A stretch of 32,000 bases of DNA from Candidatus Thorarchaeota archaeon (lineage in GTDB: Archaea; Asgardarchaeota; Thorarchaeia; Thorarchaeales; Thorarchaeaceae), in NCBI GenBank assembly GCA_008080745.1, contig SHMX01000006.1, positions 120,001 to 152,000 on the forward strand, in the 5' to 3' direction. Below are positions 16,587-27,400 of this stretch, piece after piece. The first letter of the stretch is position 1; the number at the start of each line of letters is the position of its first letter. The notes under the pieces were generated by a model, which saw nothing but the letters and a program-made list of their open reading frames with translations, searched no databases and was not told the origin of the DNA. A program made the position numbers and the translations under genes.

Positions 16587-19500
16587 TTAGGTATCAATAC
16601 CGAGGCTCTTCAATAAAGCCTCCATATCAGCTTTGGATAGGTCTTGAGCCTGTTCAAGAATGATTGCAATTTCTTCCTGAGCAATACCCTTCTGAAGTAG
16701 TTTCTTCCTGAATTCTTCCAAGACTTCTGGTTGTTCTCCTAAGGTCTTAGGCCGTTTAGGTTTTGGTTCTGGTTCGGCAGCAACCTCTTTGGCTTCTGGT
16801 TCCATCAATTCGGTCTCTTCAAGTTTTTCAGGGGCTTCACCTATAGGTTCAGTCACTTCAGGTACCGTTGGAACCTCAGATGGCCTCGTTTCAGCTAATG
16901 CCTCCGCACGTCGAGCTTCCTCTTGAGCAATGACTTCCTTAAGGAAACCAATTCGTTCGCTTACACGCATTCGAGCCAAGTCTAATTTGAAGGCTTCGAG
17001 GTCGCTCTCACCTAGTCCTGTAATCTCAGTAAGACGATCGAGTAATTCATTCATCTCGGGAACATCAATCACAATTGGTGGGTCTTGTACCCTATCAGCA
17101 TCTATAGTGATGGTAGTATGTTTGAATTCATCAGATAGTATATTCATGACCAAATCTTTCCTAGAACTAGCAGGGTATGGTCTTGGAATCTTACCTTTTC
17201 GAACCGATGATATCATGCCATTCAGAACTCGAATTATCTTAGGCACACTATAGATTCGAACATAATAGACAAGTCCCAAAGCTATGAATATGAAACTGAA
17301 TCCACCGACTACCTGTGCAGTTTGTAACAAAGCTTGTTCTGCAGAAATATCAGAGATAATCTCAATTTCGATTGATTGGGTAACATAGTTCTCCCTTGAC
17401 ATTGATATTCGTATTGTGAAGGATCTACCAACATTAACTTGGAAGTATAATTTGTAGACTCCAGGTTCGGTTTCTTGAGTTCTGTCTGGATAATAGGTAA
17501 CATTTCCTTCATTAAAGGAGAGATCAGGTTCTACACCGGATATACCCACTTGATGGTCAAGGTCATAGTATTGAATCTCAATGATTATTACACTGCCTGG
17601 TGAGGTCTGAATTCTCGTCTGTGATGCAGTCAAATTGGTCCGAATCAAGTCTACTGAGATGAATACAGTCTTTGTGGATATTGCATAGATTTCTGTTTGG
17701 AAAGCGATCTCTACTTGGTAGGTTCCTAATATGAGATCATCTGGAATAGCAAGAGCATAGTTCTGACCTACCACTTCCAAACTGACTTGACCAATGTCTG
17801 ACCAGACAGCAATACCATTCAGGTCTGTAATCAATTCTCCAGTTAGTGAATTTGTCACATTGAAATACATCGTGTTAGTTTCATTAATTGGTGTTGAGAA
17901 TTCATCAGGTCCATGAATAATTGCCTCTGTCGGGATGATTGTAACAGCTAATAAAATACCAGCAGTTTGGAAATTCTCTTTACCAATACTTACGGTAATA
18001 TCATAGAACTGAGGTAATGTCAGATTTAGGTGAATATCGATTAGATAGCTACCGTTTTGTAAATCGGTTATTGTTGCATCTGGACCCACCCAAGAGACAA
18101 TCACAGTACCGTTCGATATTGGTTGATTAGCATACGTATCATTGAAGTAAACAACATATGTTACATTCTGACCTGTGTATCCGCTCTGAAGTGAGTCAGA
18201 AGTGGTAAGGTCCGTTAGATGAGGTCGAACGGTCAATGATAATGTTCGCTTTGAGGTTGAATATCCTGTCTTAGTGGCGGTTATACTGATGTAGTAAGTC
18301 TTAGCTGAGAGAAGGCTTGTGTCTATTGTTGATGAGTAAGAACCATCTATTTGCTGAGTCAAAACACCTACAGATACACCTACTTCATAGGATATCAGTG
18401 CATCATCAATAGATACATCATAATAGGTATCGTTGAAAATAAACTCCAAGACTATAGAATCACCATAGAAGACTGTCAAATCGGCCAGGTCTGTGAGGAG
18501 AGTTAGTTTCGATGGGATGGGGTCTACAGATATCACAATCTCAGTATTTAGGATATCATGATTTATTGAACTAGCACTAAGAATCAGGCTATATTGGCCA
18601 TATCCAAATCCAGAAACATTCACCGAGCCCAAGTAGAATCCTGCGGTCCCATTGAAAGTTAGCATCGTGATGGTATCATTCCATTCAGCTTCGACCGTTG
18701 CAGATTGAATCGGTTGGTTATTAGTAGCATCGAATAGATAGATATAGTATGACCCAGTGGTATTTGCTACGACTGAGAGCAATGTAGAACTTGGTTCAAT
18801 GTATCCAGTGGCTTTTGATATCACAAGAGAGAAGGTAGTTTGTCTTGTCTGATAGTATTCACGACTCACTGTAATCTGTGGCTTGTAAATTCCCCAATCA
18901 ACCACACTCGAATCTAAATTATACGAATAAGAGCCGTTATTCAAGTCAGTGAAGTAATAGGTAGAGCCATTCAACAATAGACTGCCATTCATACCACGAA
19001 CAAGAGTTCCATGATATGTATCCTTAACATTGAATCGTATTGTGATGGTCTGACCCCAATCACCATAGTAAGTTGTTTGAGCCAAGATTATCTGGACTGA
19101 GCCAGAACCTGGTTGTACATCGATGCTAATATTGGCTGTTGCATGGTATTGCTTGTTTGCGGCAACTGTAAAGGTGTATTCCTGAGCAACAAGACCAGTC
19201 GTGTTTAAGGTGATACGGTATTCACCATCTCCTAACTCCGTGATTGTAGCTGGTAATCCAGTAAGGTCGGTCCAACTTGTGGTTAGTGTCGCTCCAGATA
19301 GAGGTATACTGTGATCAAAGTCAGTCAAAGTGAGGTTAACTATTAGAGGATCACCCACTGGAATAGTACCTGCACCAGGTGCTTCCGAAATAAGTGAGGT
19401 TTGAATGGCTCTAATAGTTGCAGGTATGTTAGACTCGGTCCTTGATGCATAGAACGGAATACCACTCTTACTTAGTGTCAATTCAATATAGATATCCCCA

Positions 19501-22500
19501 AGTCCACCAAACTGTTCTGATGGAATTATGAGTTGATATGAACCAGAAGATAATATTTCAAGATACCAGATTGGAGTGGTAAGATTCGTAATTGTCAAAT
19601 CAACATTTGCCCCATCAATTCCTACATCACTCAGATAATCTACATATTCGAAGTCAATTGTAATGTTGTCACCGTATGGAGTATCTGCAATGGATGGAAA
19701 CAGAATCTGAGTAGGCCTCTCTATCGTAGTTGCTACTGTATTCTTAGTTCTAACATCGTAGTAAGGTATTGCAGTACTCTTATTGATCTGTAGAGAAATA
19801 CTGTGCGAACTTACCAGTTGCGTAGAATCGAGAATGGTAGAGTTGAAAGATATTTCATAGTATGTTCCATATGAGTAAAGAGAATACTCGCTTGAAGTGA
19901 TTACCAAAGAACTTGGACCATGAGTTAATATGATGTGAGTCTTATTCAACTCGATATTTTCACTGGTGAAAAAGTCTTCAAAACGGAATTCGAAGGTAAC
20001 ATTTTCAAGAAATGATGTATCTCCAGGGGTCTTTGTTAGAATAATCTGGGTAGTTCTTTCACTTATACGAGCATTAACACTTTCACTCAGAGGGAGATAA
20101 TAGGGTTGACCCGAATAAGTAACCTGAATCTGCACCGTATAGATGTCCGGAGCTCCTAATGCGGTACTGTTGATCTCGATTTGATATTGACCATCACCCA
20201 AGTAAGAAACCCAATAATTGGTATTTAGAACAAGAGTATCGATAGAGGTTAAACACGATAAAGCGATACTAGCTCCAGATATGCCAGTACCAGTAGAGTC
20301 ATCGGTATATGAGATTAGGATTGTGGAATTCGTTCCGTATGGAGCTGTATCAGGACTCTCATATCCAAGCTGAGTACTTCTCTTCAAAACATTAATTGTG
20401 AATAGATGAATAGCATCAGCAGCGTAGTTGGACCCAGTGTATAGAATAGTAGCATTGAGGGTGTAAGTTCCGTCGGATACAAAACCTGATGAATTTAGAA
20501 CGATTCTGTACTCTCCATCTCCCAAATATGAAACATCATACCAACCGTCAAGGGAAGTATTCAATGAGAGGTCTCCAGTCATGCCAACTGAGCTTCCTGA
20601 CACTAAATCTGTGTAAACAAAACCAATTGTGACATTATTGCCCCACTGTGGTGAATTGAAAGCAAGATTGCTAAGCTGAGTTGTCCTTAGTGTAACCTCG
20701 ATAGTGAACTGTAAACTAGTTATATCAGCATAGTTTGGTAATCCAGTCCATGTGACAGTCATATGTAATGAGTGGGTACCGATTCCTCCCAATGAGGAAG
20801 TGTCAACAAGTAGAGTGAATACTTTTTCAACAGAGTCATAACTTAAAGTATAGGAAATACCACCCTCATCTACAGAAATCATGAGGTTTGATGAATTGAC
20901 TATCTCACTTGTTGAAAGTGAATCGACATAGGTGAAGGAGAATTCAGCAATTTCTCCATAAGGTGTACTCTCTACTGGAGTATAGTCAATATAGGTTGGG
21001 CGTTCAAGTACCACTAATGTCACGGTCAAGCTCTTATTTTCATACAATGGAGATATTCCTGCTTCCCACATGAAGTCAAGCTGGAACTTGAAGGTGCCAG
21101 TTGTGACAAATAGAGAACTATTCAGATTGAACTGGTAGGTTCCAGGAATAGTTCCTGACTCCACTACATAGAAGTCTGATTGTGTGACAGAGTGACCTGC
21201 AGTTAACGACGTTATTTTTAGAAAGACGTGATTGCTGCTGTTTGATATTCTAGTACTCGTATCTAACTCACGATATACAACCGTGTAACTGAAGTTTTGA
21301 AGACAATACCTCGCCGTAGGAGCAATCTCAAGAAAGACAATAGTATCAGTACCTTTTACTCGTACTGTTGAAGTTAGATCTCCCGGCACGTATTTGACCG
21401 ACCCTTCCCACCAGATTGAGATAGTGAGACTCTTTGTTCCAATAGTGCCCCATTGATCGCTGGGAATTGATATATTATAATGACCATCCCCTGAAGTGGA
21501 TGCATCTACCCAGAATTCAAGAGAAGCAACATCCGGCGATGTAACTGATATTCTCAAGTTACCAGATATATTCGTTATAGGTAAGCTCAGGTCTGTGTCT
21601 TCATAATATACCAAAGCTGTGATGTTATCACCATATTGGGTCTGTTGAATTGGTGAATCAAATTTGAACAATGTCTGATGTCTTCGTACGAGGATGTCAA
21701 TGGAAAATGAATGATTCTGATAACTTGGTCTCTCAATAGTGAAGTTGACAAGATACCATTTCTCGTTAGCACCCTGAGTATCATCATCTTCAGTAAAGAT
21801 TGTAATTTCATATGTTCCAGCAGTTGCGGTTTCTGTCACCGTATAGTTATCTTCGCCTAGAGTGTGATGATTACCCCAGTCACAGATAATGTATGAGCCA
21901 GCACCAGTTATGGGACTACCATCGTCTTCCGACCATGTCAAGAAGAAGGACTCATTTTCACCAACAGGAATAGACAACTGATTCGCGGTATAACTAATTG
22001 AGTTATAGACTTCTCTGACCTCTATAAGAAGATACATCTGAACAGGATTGACAAAGGCTGCTGTTGCATTGATTAATAACTTGTAATTTCCTAATGCTAC
22101 ACCTGTTCCTTCCAACTCAAAGTCATATGTACCATCAAGATTATCAATAACTGTAAATCCTGCAGACCAGTTACACCAAAGAGTACCTCCAGAAATAGGT
22201 GTAGGTGTGGCTGCATCTCTACGGAACTTCACTGTGAAAGATTGGTTGTTTCCGATTCGATCAGAAATTCCAGGATACTGGTCTGATGTTAGAGTTGCAT
22301 CATAATTCGCATTGATTGTAAGTACGCTTGATGTATCATCATAATAGGTGGCAGACCAATTCATCACCATGTAATATTGACCTCTGTCAGGGAGATTACT
22401 AGTTTCAAGAACTAGGGTATATTCCCCATTACCACTGTCTGAGAATGAGCCACTGAGGACTACGTCATTGGTAGAGTTGCGAATTTCGTATGGCATCACC

Positions 22501-24467
22501 CCACCAGAAACTGGTATCGAGCTATCAATATCGTTTGCTTGAATTATCACATAGAGCAAATCACCATAAGTCACATTGGTTAGCCAAGTGCCTATAGCTT
22601 CACTTGGTCCTACGACTTCTAAATTCGTATCGTGTGTAATTGTAAATGTTCTGAGGAAATAACCAGTTGAGTTCCAGATGCTCCCATCAGCACGATTATC
22701 AGTGAATGCTCTAATTGTCCATTCACCTGCAGTGGCATTAGAACCTGCAAAAGTCATATAGTCAGAGATTGCGTACCCACTAGCATCAACAGTTGCATTG
22801 ATACTACCCCAGAAGGCATTGTCAGGGTTGTAAATTGAAATATTAACGACCGAGTTTTCATACTCTACTCCAACATTGATACGAAACCGAGTATCATCAC
22901 CAGCTCTAATGTTTACAAATTGCTCCCAAAGACTACTAGTTGGGTCTTCTAACTCAACATCAGAAATCATGTTGGGAGATGAACTAAGAATCCGCCAATA
23001 TCTGTATCTTCCAACCTCATTGGTTATGTCATAAGTTGATACATTGAGATATCCATCGCCAGGATTACCACCGGAAACGCCTGTAGTGACATTTACAGTT
23101 GGATTCAAAAATGTTGCAACATGATAGACATCACGGTTTGTGGGTATACTGATATTATAGAAATAGCGATTGACATAGCCGTCTGGAATATCAGCGTAAT
23201 AATAAGTTGTGAAGTTTGCTTGAGTTGCGTTTTGAATCTGGACAAACTCACCATATGACGTTTGATCTATTTGATAAACTGTCGGAACGTCATATTGTCT
23301 GCTAAAGAGGTTTGTATCCACATCGAAGTCTATGATAATAATTTCATTGGGATCGGGATTGGTTGGCACTGGAGTCCATGAGAACTCAAGATTCACAGGA
23401 TTTGTAGTCCAAGGTGTGGTTGGTGTCTGTGTTATTGTTCCCACACCCCTTGTAGCACCATCATTTACATCAAGACCATTCATCTGAAGATTGATCTCAC
23501 TTGGAGAAACTTTCGTTTTCAGATAGAGATGAATATTATCCATCCTTGCATTGGGTCCAATTTCTGGATCGTAACCAACAGTATCCGTACACCATAGACC
23601 AACTTGAAGAGTGATGGTGTTATCTGTGAATATTGTTGTTGGAACACTAACTAGACCGGAACTGAACCATTGTGCCTCCGCTGCAATATCACCAAACGCA
23701 AGAGCCCAAACTGAATTAGTTGGGTCGGTATCCTCAATCATTGCATAAATGGAGAAGCTACCACTGAGGTCATAGCTGACATCATCATATGTATCAGCAA
23801 AATAGTCAAGTGATAGACCAGCCCAAACAACATCTCCACGATCGATAGTAACAGATTGCTCAGCATAAGCCCGGTCACCACTATCATAGAAATAGGGCGC
23901 AGAACTCGATGATGAATTTAACTCGAACTTCACACAATCATCATCGGTTTCATGTCCATCATCCATCCAAGTTGAATATGGGATACTATAGCCACCACCA
24001 GCACCAGTTTCATCAAGGGTCCAACTAGTAGCACTCCCAGTGAAGCCGGGGTTTAGATACCAAGTTCTGTTTTCCGTGAGACCACTGATTTCTGCTTGAA
24101 CATTATATGATTCCCAACCGCTACCAGTTGGAATCTGAATAGTATCGGTTGTAGTAGTATTATCAGTGAAATAGGACATACTCCTATCGTTCCAGGTATC
24201 TGACCGATTACCATACTCAGAACCAATCAAAGGAGAGGATGTAGCATTAACCTCGACCCATCCATCTTCCGTTAGTACATACTTGTGAAGCTCTTCATTT
24301 GGGGCGATTTCGATAGTATCACCATTTCCAATATCTACAATTCTCGAATCTTCAGGTTGACTTCCAATATATTGAGAAGGCACAAGATTGGGGGTGATAG
24401 AGCCTATTTGAAATATCAATAGCATTGCAACCATTGCAACTAGAATTTGACCGTGTAGCTTCTTCAT
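16587..24467 (-). CDS. Giant type I membrane surface protein A (2626 aa): signal peptide, beta-sandwich head, about 17 Ig-like repeats, TM helix, about 223-aa cytoplasmic tail
   Basis: N-terminus MKKLHGQILVAMVAMLLIFQIG, Ser/Thr/Asn-rich beta repeats with recurring GxY motifs, many N-x-S/T sequons, and TM VVGGFSFIFIALGLVYYV. RBS GGAGG at 24477-24481. Confidence 0.9.
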   Translation of the reverse strand: MKKLHGQILVAMVAMLLIFQIGSITPNLVPSQYIGSQPEDSRIVDIGNGDTIEIAPNEELHKYVLTEDGWVEVNATSSPLIGSEYGNRSDTWNDRSMSYFTDNTTTTDTIQIPTGSGWESYNVQAEISGLTENRTWYLNPGFTGSATSWTLDETGAGGGYSIPYSTWMDDGHETDDDCVKFELNSSSSSAPYFYDSGDRAYAEQSVTIDRGDVVWAGLSLDYFADTYDDVSYDLSGSFSIYAMIEDTDPTNSVWALAFGDIAAEAQWFSSGLVSVPTTIFTDNTITLQVGLWCTDTVGYDPEIGPNARMDNIHLYLKTKVSPSEINLQMNGLDVNDGATRGVGTITQTPTTPWTTNPVNLEFSWTPVPTNPDPNEIIIIDFDVDTNLFSRQYDVPTVYQIDQTSYGEFVQIQNATQANFTTYYYADIPDGYVNRYFYNISIPTNRDVYHVATFLNPTVNVTTGVSGGNPGDGYLNVSTYDITNEVGRYRYWRILSSSPNMISDVELEDPTSSLWEQFVNIRAGDDTRFRINVGVEYENSVVNISIYNPDNAFWGSINATVDASGYAISDYMTFAGSNATAGEWTIRAFTDNRADGSIWNSTGYFLRTFTITHDTNLEVVGPSEAIGTWLTNVTYGDLLYVIIQANDIDSSIPVSGGVMPYEIRNSTNDVVLSGSFSDSGNGEYTLVLETSNLPDRGQYYMVMNWSATYYDDTSSVLTINANYDATLTSDQYPGISDRIGNNQSFTVKFRRDAATPTPISGGTLWCNWSAGFTVIDNLDGTYDFELEGTGVALGNYKLLINATAAFVNPVQMYLLIEVREVYNSISYTANQLSIPVGENESFFLTWSEDDGSPITGAGSYIICDWGNHHTLGEDNYTVTETATAGTYEITIFTEDDDTQGANEKWYLVNFTIERPSYQNHSFSIDILVRRHQTLFKFDSPIQQTQYGDNITALVYYEDTDLSLPITNISGNLRISVTSPDVASLEFWVDASTSGDGHYNISIPSDQWGTIGTKSLTISIWWEGSVKYVPGDLTSTVRVKGTDTIVFLEIAPTARYCLQNFSYTVVYRELDTSTRISNSSNHVFLKITSLTAGHSVTQSDFYVVESGTIPGTYQFNLNSSLFVTTGTFKFQLDFMWEAGISPLYENKSLTVTLVVLERPTYIDYTPVESTPYGEIAEFSFTYVDSLSTSEIVNSSNLMISVDEGGISYTLSYDSVEKVFTLLVDTSSLGGIGTHSLHMTVTWTGLPNYADITSLQFTIEVTLRTTQLSNLAFNSPQWGNNVTIGFVYTDLVSGSSVGMTGDLSLNTSLDGWYDVSYLGDGEYRIVLNSSGFVSDGTYTLNATILYTGSNYAADAIHLFTINVLKRSTQLGYESPDTAPYGTNSTILISYTDDSTGTGISGASIALSCLTSIDTLVLNTNYWVSYLGDGQYQIEINSTALGAPDIYTVQIQVTYSGQPYYLPLSESVNARISERTTQIILTKTPGDTSFLENVTFEFRFEDFFTSENIELNKTHIILTHGPSSLVITSSEYSLYSYGTYYEISFNSTILDSTQLVSSHSISLQINKSTAIPYYDVRTKNTVATTIERPTQILFPSIADTPYGDNITIDFEYVDYLSDVGIDGANVDLTITNLTTPIWYLEILSSGSYQLIIPSEQFGGLGDIYIELTLSKSGIPFYASRTESNIPATIRAIQTSLISEAPGAGTIPVGDPLIVNLTLTDFDHSIPLSGATLTTSWTDLTGLPATITELGDGEYRITLNTTGLVAQEYTFTVAANKQYHATANISIDVQPGSGSVQIILAQTTYYGDWGQTITIRFNVKDTYHGTLVRGMNGSLLLNGSTYYFTDLNNGSYSYNLDSSVVDWGIYKPQITVSREYYQTRQTTFSLVISKATGYIEPSSTLLSVVANTTGSYYIYLFDATNNQPIQSATVEAEWNDTITMLTFNGTAGFYLGSVNVSGFGYGQYSLILSASSINHDILNTEIVISVDPIPSKLTLLTDLADLTVFYGDSIVLEFIFNDTYYDVSIDDALISYEVGVSVGVLTQQIDGSYSSTIDTSLLSAKTYYISITATKTGYSTSKRTLSLTVRPHLTDLTTSDSLQSGYTGQNVTYVVYFNDTYANQPISNGTVIVSWVGPDATITDLQNGSYLIDIHLNLTLPQFYDITVSIGKENFQTAGILLAVTIIPTEAIIHGPDEFSTPINETNTMYFNVTNSLTGELITDLNGIAVWSDIGQVSLEVVGQNYALAIPDDLILGTYQVEIAFQTEIYAISTKTVFISVDLIRTNLTASQTRIQTSPGSVIIIEIQYYDLDHQVGISGVEPDLSFNEGNVTYYPDRTQETEPGVYKLYFQVNVGRSFTIRISMSRENYVTQSIEIEIISDISAEQALLQTAQVVGGFSFIFIALGLVYYVRIYSVPKIIRVLNGMISSVRKGKIPRPYPASSRKDLVMNILSDEFKHTTITIDADRVQDPPIVIDVPEMNELLDRLTEITGLGESDLEAFKLDLARMRVSERIGFLKEVIAQEEARRAEALAETRPSEVPTVPEVTEPIGEAPEKLEETELMEPEAKEVAAEPEPKPKRPKTLGEQPEVLEEFRKKLLQKGIAQEEIAIILEQAQDLSKADMEALLKSLGIDT
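17350..22635 (-). repeat. Array of about 17 diverged Ig-like (~100 aa) protein repeats in giant protein A
   Basis: I counted 17 equivalent (D/N)GxY-type strands (e.g. SGNGEYTL, NLDGTYDF, LGDGEYRI twice, LNNGSYSY, EPGVYKL). Boundaries are approximate. Confidence 0.65.
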
Positions 24468-27400
24468 TATTCCATTCCTCCTAGCTGATCAATTAAAGCA
24501 TCAACTTCGGCTTTGGAAAGCTCCCTTGCCTGTTCAATCATGATTTCAACCTCAGATTCGCTGATACCCATCCTAAGTAGTTTCTCTTGAAGGTCATCCA
24601 GTTCAGTCTCACTCAATTTCTGTTTGACTTCACGTTCTTCAACAGATTCCTCTTCTCCTTCTGCCTCCGCTAACTCCTTAGCCCGTCGAGACCTTTCCTG
24701 CCGGATTACTTCACTGATAAAGCCAGCCCTCTCGCTGGGTCGCATGGCCTCCAAATTCGTCCGGAGCGTTTGAACGTCGGCATCAGTAAGACCCACTACT
24801 TTTGCTAATTCGTCAAGAAGTTCTTCGACATCAAGAATCTGTATTTCAATAGTTGAAGGAGTAATATCATCTGGTGTCTTCCTGATACCCATAGGAAGTA
24901 ATTCTTCATTCATCATAGATAGAATCAATCTATTACGAATCATGACATCCTCTGGTTTAGGAATACCACCCTTAGAGATGACTTTCAACATACGTTGTAT
25001 CTTTCTAACAAGCTTGGGAACAGACAATACCCGAATATACAAGGCAGCAAGAATAGCTATTCCAATAATTCCCAATCCAGTATAGGTGAATCCTGATACC
25101 AATGCTTGTTGTTCTGGTGGTATCTCTGAAAATACTACAACATTGATAGTTTGAGTCTGATAATCACTAAGACTCAAGGTTATTGTAATCTCATAAGTAG
25201 CAACAGCAGGTGGTATAAATGCAAATACATAGGTTCCATTACCGAAATCGATTTCTTGGTCGGTCAATCTCGTTAGGGATAGATTGGGTGTCGCATTATT
25301 AGCTCCAGCAATAGGAACATTGTGATCTACGTCCATATAGGTTACACGGACATAAATAACACGTCCAGAATATACTGTGGCTGGCAATGGTTCATAAATT
25401 AGCTCAGTGTTTATTTCCCTAATTCTCAAATTGAACACTAATTCAGTCTGGCTATAGTTCCCTTTACTGATTATAATCCGAATCCTATAGGGTTCATCAC
25501 GAATATCCAATCTCGAAATATCTGTAGCATCAGGCCCAAATACGTATGTTCCATTCCCCAGGTCAATTAGATTTACTGTGCCAAACTCCCATATTGCTGA
25601 GGCTGTGGCACCTGTTACCAATTCATCATGCAGAATGTCCATGTAATCAAAAGCTACCGAGTAATCATCACCAACGGGGAATGTGAACTCATCGTTTCCT
25701 ACTACCTCGGTACTAATCGGCCTAACTAAGAGCTTAACATTGGTAAATGAATAAGCATGATTTTGTTTGCTTAGTGTGATGGATATGCCTCTTGCAATAC
25801 TTCCAGCATATACCATAGAGGAGTTCAGGGTTAGCGAATAGTTACCTCCACCCTCGTTGACCAAACTTCCTGTAAAGCCTTCGAAGATGAAACTAGATGT
25901 TGCATTATCAATTCCAAGATTGGAATGGGTATTGTTATAGTAGAATCTGAATGTTGCATTCTCTCCATAGAAGACAGAAATCAGAGCAGGACCTACAATA
26001 TCAATCTTAGTTGGAATCTTTAGAACTTGCAGAGTGACATCAATTGTTGCAGGCGAGTAGCCAGATAGACTGCTTGAAACGGTCAAGACCCATTCACGAA
26101 TATCGATAGAACTGGTTGGAACCATAGCTGAATACCAGCCAGTTCCCAATTCGGTCATGTTGCCAACTACAGTGCCCACGCTATAAGTAAGAGTTGAACC
26201 TAATACAGGAATATTTAGTTCAGTGTTGTTCAAATATACGGTAACATTGACTTCATCACCATATACCACGGGTAGAACAGAATTATCGTTCAATATCGAT
26301 AATTCAGTGGAGGCCTCGCTGACCTCAATTATAAGTTGTGTAGATACTGTCTTGTAGTTTGTCGAGTTGGCGGAAACCTGTATTTGATGAGATCCTACTG
26401 TTATACCGGAGATAGTGAATTGACCAATATATTTTGATTCAACCGCACTCCAGTAGATTTGACCAGAACCACCCGTCCATGAATAGGTTACGATGCCAGT
26501 CGATATGGGAGTAGAATCGGATTTAATGAGATATTCAACCTCAATTGAAACTGTCTGCCCATTAACTGTGATGTAAGAGTCTAGAATTGCATCTATGGAT
26601 GTACTGACTTTCGCTATTCGAATCTGGAAATCTCTTTGTACACTCTCATAATTCTTTAATGATGAAATAAAGGTAACAGAATATTCTCCTGCATTGAATG
26701 AAGACGAAAGTATCGAATAGTTGTATATTCCTGGAGAAACTTCTGTCAGATTGAATATTTGTTCGCTTATCGACATATTTGCGAGGGCTCCAATTACGGG
26801 TGAGCCATCACGGGCATCAGTGATATTTGCTGAGAACTCGATTGAGTCACCCCAAATCGGATCTGTAGGTGTTGCAATAATTTCCATTGTCACAGGAACA
26901 GCAGCTAGGACAATATCAGCCAGGATTGATTTGTTCAAGTGGAGATACTTTTCAGCACTAAATGAACAACTGTAAATCTCAGCATCAAGTCCACTTGTTT
27001 CAATTGTTACATTGTAAATACCATTACCCAGTTCTACAATTGTTATAGAAGTACCATATAATGAATTCCAATTAGAACTCACAATACCTCCCTCTATCCC
27101 CTCACCAGATATCTGGTTGATGTAGGTAAGATTGCCTACGACTACATCCCCTATGTAGTTAGTGGAGGTATCTGATATTTCAAAGGAAAGCGTAGTTGAT
27201 ACCGGATTGACAGTGATAGCAAATCTCAACATCGTTTTATTCTGATAGAAGGGTGAGCCACTCCAAGAAAAGTTGGCATAGAAAGTGAATCGACCGAGGG
27301 TAAGAAGTGCAGTGGTGTTGATTGATACCGAATAAGTCCCATCTACATTATCAGTAATCCAATATTGGATTGGTGTGATATTCACACATTGAATACTGAC

